Source of the DNA: Phoronis australis
Taxonomy: Eukaryota > Animalia > Phoronida
Length of the DNA: 64,000 nt
Reading direction: 5' to 3'
Assembly: GCA_002633005.1 (NCBI GenBank)
Contig: NMRA01000503.1
Coordinates: forward strand, 124,001 to 188,000
Shown: positions 14,001 to 29,000 of the stretch, in pieces
Layout of the letters: every line of letters starts with the position of its first letter
How positions within the stretch are numbered: position 1 is the first letter of the stretch
Program-made: the position numbers and the translations under genes
The notes under the pieces: model-generated
Databases searched by the model: none
What the model saw: only the letters and a program-made list of their open reading frames with translations
What the model was told of the DNA's origin: nothing

Positions 14001-17000
14001 CCAGACTTGCGGCCTTTGGGAGAAAGCACGCCCTGGCTATATGGGCCGTAGCACATGTGTGTATTTGGTCGTTAGCATTTTGTATTTTGTATATTCAGTC
14101 GAGGGCATCAGAAAAGGAGCGTGAACTGCAGCGACAGTTTGCTGAAAAGGAGAAAAGTCTACAGGAGAAGCAGATGGAGATAGTGAGGAGACTGGGTGAA
14201 CAGGAGCAGAGGGTGGCGGAACTGAACACAGGTGAGTTGTACAAGTCGCACATGGGTTGTGCTTCTCTTGTAGTACATGGTATTATGGCAAAGACACTTG
14301 CTTGATCTTGCATCTATGCAACACTGTCCTGTCCTGTGTTAGGTGCTATAGTGATCTTGCCAGTGTTATAGCCGATTCCACCAGATGGTGCTGATGAATG
14401 AAGGTCTCATGTCTAAGCATTTGAGGAGGTCAAGAGCAGAAAGTAGTTTTTTTATCAGCATGAGGTCATAAGTGAGTCCCACGTAGAAACCTTAATGCAT
14501 GCATTTGTACAATAGCACTACCTATTGTAATTCGAGTCGGCCATTACAGGGGAACCAGTCTTATATTAAGAAGCTCCGGAAGTTTTTTTCTTGTTCTCGG
14601 CAAGTTTTTTGGGACAGTATGTGTCACGAATGGTAGATGTGGCCAGTTGTAGTGCACAAACTGTTCTGATACTCTGAATCCTGCACGGGCTTACTCATAC
14701 CTCCTGTCGCTCTTGAGAAGACCTTGGTGGGAAAAGAAATATGTTCGTAAGGACAGTATTGCGGTGCATGGGAGAAGAAATACAAGTTGGGAGAATAGAA
14801 TTGATGTGTACAAGGAAAAGCAGGATGTTAATAAGAATTACTTGTCGAGCATTTTTTCTTGGGGTGGTAATGTTTTCATGACTGCGCCTCTGCATTCCAG
14901 CTACATACCTCTTAACTACAGTGCCGGACCTGCTGTCACCAAACTTGTGGGCTGGTCCTCAGGACTGGAGTTTGGTCCCTGGTATTCTACTTTTTGGTCC
15001 TCGGGGCTGGAGTTTAGTCTCCATGGATGGAGCATTTTTGGCATGCTGTAATATTAGAAGGTGGCGTTACTGGCCACATTTTGGCCCTTGTAATGCATTC
15101 TGTATCTCTCTGATGTAATTTGAACTCTTGACAGTGGACTGATGCGTTGATGTACTAGTCATATTCAAATAGATGATGTATTGTGTTATATTACAGCATT
15201 GGAGACCACTCAGTCTGAACTGTTTGAAGCCCGAAACCAGTATGACCAATTGGCTAGCGCAAAGTAAGTCTATCCAAGCGACATTTACACAAATATTAAT
15301 CGGGGAAAATAAGACCATAGGCATTCAAGCTGTATTTGTCTTTCTTTTTGTTACAAATGTTTTGTTTTAGTTGTCATATTGGGTTAAAGATAGCTCAGGA
15401 ATGTGGAAGATATACTAACCCCCCGAAAGTTTCTGGAAAAAGTTGTCACTTGCAAGGGCAACAATTGTCATAGCTACCTGTGAAGTTTTTATGTGCTTAG
15501 ATCACTGGAGCCTTTTACAAATTCAGTTCAGTCGAAGCAAGTCTTTCAGTTTTACCACTGTAATTGCCAAACTTTTAAAAAACAGATCTAATTTTGACCC
15601 ATGAATGCAACTCTTTGAGGAACATGGGCTTTCTGTGTATTAAAATTGTTTTGTATGGAGTGGTAGACTTTGGCAATGCGCTTCTTCATTGTTAGCCTAG
15701 GAAGAATTCTCTGTAAAAGGTTCATATTTGTATCACTGTGGCTGAACATGCTTGTTTGAAAAGTTGACATACGTTTTCAAATTAAAATAAAAAATCAGAA
15801 ACTACCCCTCCCGAAAAAAGAGAATAGTTGAAATAACCTCAATAACGAAAAAATGCATTGTAGACCACAACGTCTCACTTTATTGACTATAAAGGATCTT
15901 CAGGTGAATACAGGTAAAACAGATAGTTCAGGTAGGAAGTCAGTTGGACTACATTGCACAAGAGCATCTCACCGTAAGATAATTTGTGCGGCTATTGTAG
16001 TCTGACCTAATTTGGTTTTCATGGGACTTTAAAAGATTTTGAATGTCTGCGAATTGTTATATCAGTTCCACAGATAATGTTCGACATAAGTAGGTGGTTG
16101 CATTGCAACTAGTAACGCTGGTTTTTCTTTATTTTTAGGGCGTCTGAAATGGAACTCATGAGCAATGACTTGGATCGAGCCAACGAGGTAAGATATCTTG
16201 GTATTGCTGAATAATTTCTCTGAAACAACTATTAATATGCATATTTTATTGGCAATTGAACGTTAGTCGTAAAAATCCTTTTCAGACATTTCTTTACATT
16301 CAATGAATATATGAGCGTAGAACATGTTGTCATGGCGGTCAGTTGATAACTACTCCTATAACCACTTTGTTATGCAAAATGCTGAGAGTAATGAGGTTCG
16401 AAGACAAAAGATGTTATTTCTAATTGGCTTCATTTGCTTTTGATTACATTACCAAGGAGATTTGCTAGTTGTCATGGTTTCAGTGGATCTTTGGTGTTGA
16501 CAGGGCTCTTGTAACTCCTTCACTGTCTGCTCCACTTTCTCTCGTTACTTTGTGTCTTAAAACAAGTGCATAAGCTTATCATGTTGTACGATTTTATAGA
16601 GAATTGCTTTAAGTCAGCGAGACGCTGAGAAGTTGCGACAGCAGCTGGCGTCAGCCAATCAGAATCTGCATCAGGCCGAAGAGATGCAAAAAGCGCCCGA
16701 CGTGGAGCAGGCTATTGACATCATAAAAAGATCAAGTTTGGAAATAGAGCTGGCAGCCAAAGAGAAAGAGGTAAATTTATTGTTTGCCTAAATATGGTCC
16801 CAAAATATGCGTGGGTCTTGCCATGTCACTTCTAAAGCTTGATTGACAGCAATGAGATGTGACGCCAATTTGGAGGGTGTTGTCAGCAGACTCTGGTTAC
16901 ATCTTGACTCTAAATGGACGTGTGTTGGATGATGAAGCTCTCACGAATATTATAGACGTGGTTGCAGACTCTCAATTTGACTTTGTGTGTTGCTTATTGT

Positions 17001-20000
17001 AAGTGTTGTTATAGATTCTCAAATTGAAGTGGGTGGAGTTACATATGCTTAGCGTCAGCATTACTGTATACACTTTACTACATACTAAGCTTTGTTGAGA
17101 TTGTATAACACAGTAAAGCTACTGCACATCATAGATGTTATTGTAGACTCCCATATTAACGTGAAAGGACTGTGTGATGCTATCATAGTTATAATGATTG
17201 CTACTTCATTCTGGGCTTAACTCTTATCATTGTACATTGTATTTTTTGTAACAAACATTTTAAAAAAATAACAGTTTGCAATTTTGATTATGTATGCTAT
17301 ATCATTTACTCAAATGAGCTTTTGTGGGGATGTGGGTGGTAGTCACTTGCAGTGTCATTTTGAGATCCAGTTTTCTTCAATGAATAACGAGCATCAAACT
17401 GCTTCTCAAAATCCGGGACTGTGTAAGTGAAGATTGTCAGGATGTATGCCATGTTGTAGTCGTTATGTAACTATAGTATCTGAAATGGTCTAAGTGGAGA
17501 ATGTATACTGAGATAGAGTGTTACAAAGACTCTCGTTTAAACTTGGGTGAAAGTTTATGCCAAGTTGATAGTATTCAAAAAAGTTTACGAATTGTGTCAA
17601 AATTTGTCTAGTTCCGCCAACGTTACATCTGAAAACCGTGAAGTGAATTGATTATAAGAAATTTTGCTGAAAACCATTGTTTTTTCTGTCGAATAAAATT
17701 GCAGAGGCTCTTAAAAACTGCGCTATAACGCAGATAATACATGGTCGGGTGTGTTAGCACTTATCGTTGGAACGCAACATGTGACTACAATTGCGTCTTG
17801 TTGTCACGGCAACAGGTGTAGCATGGGTGTTAGTGATAAAAAATCTAGTCAGCACAAGTAGTTTACCTCATAAAATCTTCCGAAAGTTAATCTGCCCCCC
17901 TGTAGTAAACTGGGCCTATGTGTTGGGCTCAATAATTTATTCTCTACCTGCTTTTGTTGTGTTAGTTTGGTGTAATAAGTCACCAATGCGCTCAGCAACT
18001 CTGGAGAGCAATTCGACTACGAACACTCACCAACCCCGAATGGTTGCAAAGTTTGGAGAACTTCGGATTTTAACTCATCAAAGTCCAAAACGTTCTAAAC
18101 TTGTTACCAGCAGACTGTTAGAAGTTAGTGTTCCATACTTTCGTCCATGCTCTCTTAGGAATACTTATTTGAGGAAAGACTGCTCGAATAAGTGTTTGAA
18201 ATTTTAGAGTCTATTCCAGCCAAGTATTTTATACCAAAATCAGACAGTCAAAGCAGGTCAGCAGTAACCATACTGCTATGCCAACAATTACAGGGTGAAT
18301 TTTTACTACAGCTTATGCAGGCTATCTGGAGTTCTAACCAAGGAGCTTCCTGGGTATTCAGGGTGAAGGAACTGTTTATCAACATGAATAAACAATTTGT
18401 AGAATGGAAAGAGGTGTCTTGTTTCAGGAGTTGTGTTATTTATTAATACGAATGATTTAATCTTTGTTATTGTGTTTTGGCATTATGTTTAGACCTATTC
18501 AAAGACACGCCCCTTATATTGTTACTCCAATGTTTTTCACTGTCAGGCTTACAAGAGTGTATTTAAATAATAATGAAGGATGACCTACTTTCAACAGTTA
18601 ACTATAACTTCAACTACAGACTTCTTGACCCAAATTACTTCCACCATAACAGTTAACTGGGTGGAGGCATGTGGCATCATTTATCCAAAGGGCAATTTGT
18701 GTTCACACCTCAAGAGGTCAGCTAGGGCTAATGACTACCTGGGAAGATAACTACTGAAAAGGAAAACAAAAGCTGAAAACTTCCACAGGCAGAAAATATA
18801 TTAATGATTTTTGCCTTCAATATTTCGTCAATTTTTGACGAGAAGAGATATCGTAATTTTTTTGAAATCTACTGTAGACATTCAATTAGTATCACTGGTG
18901 TGTATGACTTAAAATGATTGAGTAGTGTGACACTATTGTTGATGTGTGGAATATACTTGAACATGTAGCTCCTCCTGTGGGAAGTTTTCTCCCCTTATAC
19001 TGTAATATACTGGTATCCAAATCAGACCACTGATCTTGTTTTAAGTTAAAAGGGAATTTGATTCACTTACAGTTTTATTTTGATTTCTGTCAAAATGTTT
19101 ACTGTAAGTTTGACGAATCCTGAAAGGGTGCTCTTCTTGAAAATCTGCAGGATTGTTGACTGCAATTAAAACTGGCAGGGAGGCACCTGTGTATAGGTAT
19201 CAAATATTGTTTGCACATGTTTATGCTAAATCTTCCTTTGTAGTGCTCACCAAAGAGTTGCACTACAGTGTTGGCTGCAGTTGGCAACATTCGTATTCTA
19301 GTGGACAGGTGCAAATCGTTTGACTGTTAAGCAGCTTTGGGATATTTAATTTATATTTACTTACCTCGACAGCCGCAGTTAACAATCGGTAAATCCAATC
19401 AATACGCTAACATTTATTGTACCTTTTGGTTTGATCGATTTCAAGAGCAGTTGTGTCTCCAGACAAATAATGCTAGTTAATTGTGATGCCAATTATTGGG
19501 AAATCGACATCAATGCTTGTTTTTGTTACAGCACTCAACAACTACAAAGTTTGCTTAGGATAGCATGGAAAGAATAAAAGCCAATTGTTAACCAATTCAC
19601 ATGTTGATTCAAACTATCGCTAATTGAGTCTGAAATCAATGATGTCAGTGCATTAGTCTGAATGCTCTTCGAGGAGTGATTGGTAATCTATCCTCATATA
19701 TGAGGATTCCCTGTATTCAAGTACATCAAGTCATTCATTTAAAAAGGAAATCCCAACTTCTACTCCACGATGTATTCTATGTTAAAATGTCATTCAATAA
19801 GTTATGTTTCAACTGCTAATTTAGTTCCAGAACAAGTGGATAAACATTTTGCCCTCGAACAAATGAAGTGATATTATGTACTTTTGTTGTTTCTAAGTTG
19901 ACACTAATTTTTGTAATTAATTTGAAAGTAGTTGCTTATATATGATTGACCCATGCTTACTTGCATTAGTCCGTGGTATCTTTCTCTGGCAACGTGGCTA

Positions 20001-23000
20001 TTAACAAGAAAATCAATGTATTGATCCCGTTTGACAATGCTGATACATACGCCGCACCCAATTTGTGATTTATTTGTCTTGAAGCCAGACCACTAATTAC
20101 ACTTGGATCAATTTATTGATGACAGCGTGCCCATCCTTAGTTGGTGGTACAGCTGTCATTATGTTGGCATCAATGTATTGATTGTATACAGAAACAGGCG
20201 TCTGTTGAAAGCTATAATCTTGTTTTCAGAGACATCTGCGTTTTATAGGAGTTCTTGTTGCTGCTCAGTCCATCGATTTAGTTTCCGTTCTTCCCTGATG
20301 TACTGGAGTTATTTGTGTTCAATAATAGTTTGTATAATTTGGTTGGAAAGTATCAAGACATTCCCACTTAGGCTGGCTAGTGCAGAAATCTATAGAACAT
20401 TGTTTGATAAGAATCCTTCATCCCCTTATCTTGAATGTCTTTGTATTATACTAACTTGATATATTGACTAGACTTGAGCAATAAAAAACGACATAATTTT
20501 TCATGTATTATCCTAAGTGTGTCTTCATTATTCCATTGAATATAATGCCTACATGTTTACTTATTGCCATGGTAAATGTAGTCAATTTCCTGAACACAAG
20601 TGGTGATTTTGTCAGGTGGTTCATTCTGATTCGACTAAATAAAAAAAAATCTTGTTACATGGTAAAAAATACACTGAAAGATGCAGCCAACTTTCCAACC
20701 TATTATTTGCTGTTTTAGTGTTTTTGGCAAAATTTTAAAATTTGGAAATGGAATCGGGCCGTTAAATCTTATTTTTTAATGAAATTTCCCCATCGTTCTC
20801 TTATACTTGTTGCGGCTGTTCTGCAGAAGAAAATCAGTTGTTAACAAAAGATTGTAGAGAGAAATGAACTTGCAGATTACATTATTTTCCGTCTTTGAAA
20901 AAGGTAATATTAGAAAACTTATGAGCTACCAATAGAAAAATCGTTTTGTTTGTGGCCACGGTGACATGTTTGTATGATAACAAACTTGTTTCATACCTGC
21001 TGTGTACAATTTTGAAACTACAGGTTGTCTAATCAGAGTGGGTTGTTGACAAAGTGATGGTGTGTAATTTTTTGACCTGGGCAGTACAATTTCTTTGTAA
21101 ATGGTGGATAAACGGATACGTGAATTTTGCAGGTGACTCAGCTCGTGGAGGACGTGCACAAGTTGCAGGCGACAATAAGCAAACTTTACGACACCGGCTC
21201 GTCGCAAGTCGCCAAGTTGGAAGAGGAATTGCAAGTCAAGAGAGCCAGTTTAACTGTACTGGAAGAGAAATTGAAAACTCAAGAGGATTATGATGAAATT
21301 AAAAGAGAACTCGCGTATGTGTTGATTTGTGGCGACCTCTTTGTTTCTTGGAAGTCGTAGTGTTCACATTGCAACTGAACAATCACTCAAGCCTGACAGT
21401 TTCATTGTGAACCTCCAGAAGTTTGATATTGTTTCCCTTTTTACGTTCGTTGTTGCGATTTAAAAATTGCAGTCTCCATTTTTGAATTAGTGTAGAAAAT
21501 TGCAACGTACTTTCAGGAAAATTTACTTTTTGTGATTTAGACATCTTTGTGGAACATTTCTGTTATCCCTCTTGGTATCCTCGCAGGGTTCTCAATGCCA
21601 CAAATCTGGTCCAACTGCTGGCCTCATTTGCTCTGAAGTTTATTTAAAAGTCATGAAATTCATCTTATTAGACTACTAAATTTACCTCAGATGACCATAA
21701 GTTCCTTGGGTAGCCTGTGGCAGATTGAGAGAATGCCATGAACATGCGTCATTGTGAAAATTTTCCACTCAGAGATAAATGGTACCTTGCTCCGGATGGA
21801 TGAGATTCCTGGCTTAGAAAGTGGCAAACTTAAGCCTAGAGCTTAGTTGCTATCTGTTGATGATTCATGCTTAAACAATTTACAAATATTCCTATGTTTT
21901 ATTATACAGGGTTCTTAAGTCTATTGAATACAACGAAGTCAGTGAAAAGAACCAAGAAAATCCGAAAACCTTGGAGCAACTACTGTTGGAGAAGAACCGC
22001 TCTTTGCAAACTGAAAATACACAGTTGAAAGTATCCAACAGAGATTTGGCAGGTATGAATTTGTAGTAACTATGTTAAAAAAATACTTGTAGCCAACACT
22101 TTGACTGCTGAATTGAAGCCAGTTCACCACATCTAGAAAATACTTTTGTGTGTGTGTGTGTGTGTGTGTATTGATTTATTTATATATTGTCTCTTTTAAC
22201 GTTTCCACCAATCAACAGTTGTGTGCTAACCTTGATCTCTACCCTCTGTGTAGTTGGTATTTTTTTGGTCATGTCAACAAGAAAGGTGTAAAAACGTGAC
22301 TTCTCAGTGTTGTAACTCGATTTTGTGACAATGAAACCCTCTACATTATTGGAGGATTTTGTGTTAGGCCAGAAAAGCAGAATTGGGTCTGATCTGGGTT
22401 TATTGAAAACCGATCGATTTGATGGTGTGGTATTTTTTTAGTTGCTCACCTTTCCAAAAAGGAAAATCTGCTTGCTAAATGATGGCATTTCAAACCTTGC
22501 CTACCCTTGGTTATGTGACTGTGTGCCGCTTTTCAAAAGAAAAACACAAAGACCTTTGATGAAATTGATGCGGGCGGGCTTTTTTCATTGGTGAATGCTG
22601 GTCTAAAATGAGTCAGGGTTAAGGCTACAACCAACTATGCTTTTTTGGCCATACCCTAATTCTGTAGTAAAATGAAAAATAACGTGTTCTGCATGTTTTT
22701 TATTTCGATAGATGGTTTTTGTGGGCAGTGGTTTTTTACCCAGTCAGTAGTTGCAATACTCAACTGATCGTCTTTTTTACACCTTTCTTTTGTAGGGACC
22801 TCTGGCCAATGTTTGTCAAGAATGGATGTGTTTGCGTCCATGATAGGTCAAGAGCTTGCCTTGAAATACCATCTCACTAAGTCCTCTCCCTACACTCTGC
22901 CCCAACATGCACTGTCGTCGCCATTACCATCCGGCTGCTCACCCAGCAATAGTTCCCAGTCCAGCCCTCATTCATCACTTTATAAATCGCAACACTCTGA

Positions 23001-26000
23001 AAATGGAGAGCTTGACTTGAGTTTACCTAAGTCGAGAAGTCAGTCAGAAAGTGGCGACGTTCTTGACACGGCTGCCGTGTCGTTGAAAATACGAGAGATA
23101 CTGAGCGTGCACAATATTGGTCAACGTATGTTCGCGAAGCACGTGCTAGGACTGTCTCAGGGGACCGTAAGCGAGCTGTTGTCAAAACCGAAACATTGGG
23201 ACAAGCTGACAGAGAAGGGACGGGAGTCTTATCGGAAGATGGCAAACTGGGCAAACGACGAAAATAATATCATGCTGCTCAAGTCCTTATCTCCCAAAAA
23301 AGGTTTGTGTTCCTTAATTTTTTGTAACTCTTTCGCTGTGTAGCTTAAGATTTATCACAAAATGTGTTGCATGTGTCTATCTAAAACAAATTTAATATTC
23401 TGTCGTTCAAGCTCATCTTGTGCAGTCCGTGGAATTAAATCTAACAGTCAGATTGACTACTTAAAATCGTTAATGTTTAGTCCGTAATTTTTTATCTCCC
23501 ATTACAATAATGTTTTAACGTGTTTAGTCCATATTGATGACTGGAATGTGTGATCAAGTTAGTATTCTGTGATGGAAATCAGTTGTGTAATCATCTCTTT
23601 CCAATAGGAAATAATTGCGTGGCTCCAGGGGTGAAGCAGGAGGACTCGGCCACTGAGGAAAGAATCTGCCGAATACTGAATGAAGCTCAGAATGCCATGA
23701 AGATGAAGCAGTCTCAAGAACAGGTAAAATTCTGCTATCATTATGGATTTATAAGTTTTTTCAATTTGCAACAAGATAAATCAGAGCACATGTATTTAGC
23801 CAGTTATCTATAAAACTGTAAAATTTAACTCAGGGTCTAGTTCAGTGAAGTCCATTTGGGAGGGGAAAACACTTCAATAAAGAATTGAAAATGTAGGTGG
23901 TTGTGTTCAGAACAAATGAAAAATTGCCACTTTTTGTTTTCGTAAAAATCAGATATTGCTGATTGTTGGTGTTTTTTGTTCATGAATTTGTTACAGTGGG
24001 TATGATGACCAGTTTCATGCAACAAAGTACATGTGCACCAAACCAAACTTTCATTCATAAACAACTATTTCTGTAGCAGTCCAAGCAGCATATCCTAATT
24101 GTACATGTTCATTCTACTGTTAAAATCATAAAATTGAGTTTCATAATTGAAATAAATAAAATGTACAGCATCTGACTGGTTTTTGTACTTTTATGTGACC
24201 AAAATAGGGCAAGAAATTACGAGTGGATGCATTTCAAAGTAAAAAAGAACAGTTGGTGAATTAGGAAAATAAAATAAAAATATTTGTGGCATTTGAAAAT
24301 CCCCTTCCATACGAATCTTACTGGAACAGCCTTTTAGCAACTGTAGAAATAGCTCTAAAAGAAGGTATTTTCTGAAAGTAGAGAGACTGTAGAACTTGAC
24401 TGTCTGCCATTAACTGGGTCACATCAACATGTTTTTGTAAAGTTTAACAATTGATAATTAGGCTACATTCATAGCAAACCCAGCGTCAATGACTAGACCT
24501 AATTCATGTGATACAGATGTTCAAGATAAAATTACAAGAAGTGTAACAGTTTCTCAAATTTGGTTTTCTTTTTTGCAACCTTTTTAAATTTTTTTCCATA
24601 AAAACTGTTCAAGTCCTATTTTTGATATTCCCTCTTGCAAAAGTGGATTATCACAAAAACTCTTCTTAACAGTGCTTTGGAGAACAGTGCAAAACGCATA
24701 CCATCTGAAAAAATACATGATGTTTCAAAGTTAAATAGTCAAATTTCTACATTTTATTAGGTCATAAAACCCTTTTCACTGTATTGTTATCCAAAGTATG
24801 TTTAGTATCACTTTCTATTTTGGTCCAAGTACATCCTTCAACAGTTAGATATATCTTATTGACAACAAAAAGGTAAATCCTTCATCAGGTGTTAATTCAC
24901 ACCTAAGTTTTACCCTTTCTATCGTCTGTGACCCGGGGCTCTGTATCTTGAAGAGTCTGTTGGCTTTCGTCAAGTCAGAAATACGATTACGAATAACCAA
25001 AAGTTGATTTCTTCTCTTTTGCATTTCTCAAAATGCTTTGTCTTCTTTCAATACGAGCAGATATGAATTTCTGTCTTTTGACGTTGAGTTCTAGACAGGT
25101 TTATTGACTTTCAGCTTTACCCTGATTTTCGTGAAACAGGCCAATAGCTATTTTCGTCAACAATGAAAAAATAAATTCTAGTTGCCAGTAATGTGTGATA
25201 ATGATGAGGCCCCTTTAGTGAATTCAGAGTACATCATACATTGATTCTTTCTTTGTTTTATTTTTGTCTCTTAATGCAGCTCTGCCGTTATTGTGATATA
25301 AGTATGGTGAAATGTCACCACTTTAGGGCAGAATATGGTGAACATTTATTTTGTTCTCTTTTTTTATAAAAGTTATGAATCAAAAAATTAAAATGCTTTA
25401 CCATGTTTAAGCTACGTACCACTGCCACCACTAGACAATATTTAAAAAATTGGGTGTATCCACAACAAAGTTAGAAGCCCTTGAAAAATGAAAAAGAACA
25501 GTTTTGGCAATTTCTTTGACCAAAGTTGGTGATGTTTTAGGGTATATTTTTGAGTAAAGAAGACCTCAGCAAATTTTATTTATTTAATTCATATTACTTA
25601 TGGTAAGTGAATCCCTTACGTAATGGTACATAATGATTGTTAATTTTTACTTTTGTATTTTGCAATTCTAGATGCAGACTTCTGCAATTGTCAACAACAT
25701 CTACCAGGAGCAACTCGACAAAATTAATCATGAAAGATCAAGCAGCACATCAAGTACACACAGGACACGAGCTGATCAAGAAGTCGCATGTGCAGTCTCT
25801 CAAGACATGGTCACCAGAATATATCGCGAAGAACTCACAAAATTGGTGGAAATCGCCCGCCTTAACGGCAATGTCGCAGAAAGTACGCATTACCAGCAAG
25901 AACTCGCAAAGTTGGCCATAAATGCTCACCATAAAGATGTTGATGACTCACAGTCTCCACGAGTGAAGGAAGAAAACTCTGTCTACACAAATGGCCACTG

Positions 26001-29000
26001 TTCGTCTGGAGAAGTAGTCTCGCGGCATGCAGGAAGTGCTTTCTGTCTTGTCCGACCCCGCTCCAATGGAACCGTAGGCCTTGACCTAACGGTAAACAGC
26101 TCCTCAAAAGCTACGGAATCTGCCTCGCCTCTGCAAAGAATGCAAAATATTGCCAATTCTGTGCTTGGGCTCGGTAAATCTCAGGCCTTGTTACAATTCT
26201 CCTCCAAGCCACTCAAAGCTGTCCTCCCACCCATCTCTCAGGAACAGTTTGACAAATACGCTACCATCGACACTGACAAATTAGTGGGGCAGATCAAGGA
26301 ATGTCTCAGCCAGTATTCAATAAGTCAGAGACTATTTGGAGAGTGTGTGCTAGGGCTGTCACAAGGCAGTGTTAGTGACTTGTTGGCCAGGCCCAAGCCC
26401 TGGAATATGTTGACGCAGAAAGGTCGTGAACCTTTCATCCGCATGAAGATTTTCCTAGAAGATGAAGACGTCATTCAGAGGCTGGTCTCAAACCAGTACA
26501 AGATGATACCTGATAAATGCTCCAGGAGTGCTGCCCACCACCCAGCGTCACCTAGTGAGTACACGCACATCTATTGAAGCCCCACTGCTGTTACTATAAG
26601 TGCTTGAGGCACCTTGAAGAATGATTTTTAAGCATGATTCTTGTGGACAATGTTTACTTTCTTGGGCTGTCTGATGATCTAATTTGGAAGTTATATTATT
26701 TAATATTCCGTTCTTCCCAACAGTACGTTAAATGAACTGTCAAAACTAAAAACAAATTCAGAGGTAGCAGTGTGTTGGTATCTGCTAATGTGTTCATGAC
26801 TCACAAGTGAAAAGCCATGAATAGTTGCACGCATTGAAAAGGAATGGTGTGAAAAATGTTGTATAACAAAATATGACCAGTTTGCCATAGCTCGAGATAA
26901 TGTGTCAATTCAGATTTGTTGAGGGGCTCATGAGAATTCAGGGGCCAAGATTTTTTCATTTTAAAAGCAATCTAATTTGCAGGGATCACTTAAATCCAGT
27001 GTATCCTGTCTTTTCTAGTTGCAAACGCACTGCATTTGTCATGTAACGGTTTTGGTTTTGTGGTAACTGGTTGTTTGCTACGCAATTTAGGCTAGGCATG
27101 TAGGCGTTCTTCATTTTATTGTGAGCATCAAGTGATGTAAATTGTCGTGCAATTCTTTCAGGAATGTGTGTAAGCATAGAAAAGCATCAATATTTTGTTA
27201 ATCGTATATTGATGAATTGACTTTAAATTAACATTTTGTACATGATAGTTTTTTTACTTTAATAACGAAGTGGTGGGTGCTTAATGTTGACAATACTGTT
27301 ACATTTTTTGTTGTTGATGTGGCAAGATAACAGTCTAAATGCATGTTTTATGGAAAGAAATTATCCCAACTGCAATTTGCATAAAATGTGCCACTATATC
27401 TCTTGGATTTTTTATTGCAGGTCTAGCTGTTGAAGGCTCAAGATCACCAATGATTGCCAGCCGTTCTTCCAGAAGTGAAACGCCAAGTGGCAGACGCTCA
27501 TCCGGACATGATCATTCATTGTATGACATGGCCTTAATGACTCATGATCTTGACACATTGGCCATCACAGCCAGTGTCAAAGAGGTTCTTCAGTTTCACA
27601 ATGTTGGTCAGAAACTGTTTGGTGAAGTCATCCTCGGATTATCTCAGGGCTCTGTCAGTGAGTTGCTGTCTAAACCCAAACCATGGCACCTGTTGAGCTT
27701 AAAAGGTCGTGAACCTTTTGTCAAGATGCACTGGTGGTTGCAGGACCCTACAAATATTGAACGACTCAAGCTGTACCAGTGTGAAATGAAAGGTTTGTTG
27801 GAAAACAATATCATTTCGAAATTAGGTGTAGATGAAAGGGTGCACTTACTTATTTATAAACAAACTTATAGTTGTGCCAAGTAATTGCTCCCTCTAGTGG
27901 CAATCAAATTATTAAACTTTGTATCATTGAGATACAAACATTTACATCCATTTTGGTGTAACTAATGCCTTATCCATATTATTTTTGCGAACTTTTCTTT
28001 CCGTGTTCAAAATCGATTCGTTCACATGAAGCACATTCTTATTTTCCTGATCTACACGGATATGCTAATGAGACCACAGAATGCATGATGCACATATGTT
28101 TGACTTTGCTACTGGTATCTGATTTAACACAATGTTGTCAGCATTCTGCCACTATTACATTTTTGGACACGTGTGGCTGGAAGCCACATTTTTTGTAGAA
28201 ACTTATTATGAAGCGAGTAGGCAAGTGTGTGAATCGAACATTGTCGCATTGAAACCAATAAAGATTAAGGGCCATCACTGATGGAGAAGTATGAGCTTGG
28301 CTGTCTGCCTCCAGTGAACTATGGCCGAGCCAACAGTTGACATCACGGGAGAACAATTGAATTAATTAGCGGCTATTTTCGTTCTGTACATGTCCTATTT
28401 TCACGCCCTCAGTTCATCTTGAGCCACTGATAGCTGAGCTCATAGCTCTCCATGTGCAAGAGGTTAAGGTGCTTTTGAGCCCCGTGTTTTGTTTTTATTT
28501 TGCCTGTGAAAACTAACAGTATAATGTCCTGTATCTTGGTAGGACTATTCTGTCTGGTCAGTTGGGAAGCATTGATTTCGACTACCATTATGAGATTGGT
28601 CTCAAATTGTTCCTTAGTTTAAATAGGTGTGATTTCTGGAAACGGCTCATAGTTTGTTATTTGTTGAGCCCAGGAATAACTGTCAGTTCTGTGCAATACC
28701 AAAAATCACTTCTCACCTGACTAAAGGAACAAGTTGGTACCATTTTTGTAGCCTGACTAGTGGTGTGAATCAAAATTTTTTTCAATGGAATGTGAGTTTA
28801 TTTCCACTTTAAGTAGAGTAGTGAATAACACAAGCATTGTTAATCTGTTATTCTGACTACTATTCTTTCAAAGATTTTAAAAATTTTTTAGTTCAAAATT
28901 TAAACAAGTGTCAAAATTGTACTTTTGTTGAACACTATCTCTGTTGATGCTTCCTAATCTTTAAAACTCCATTTTCAACACATGGTTTAACAAGGTATTG

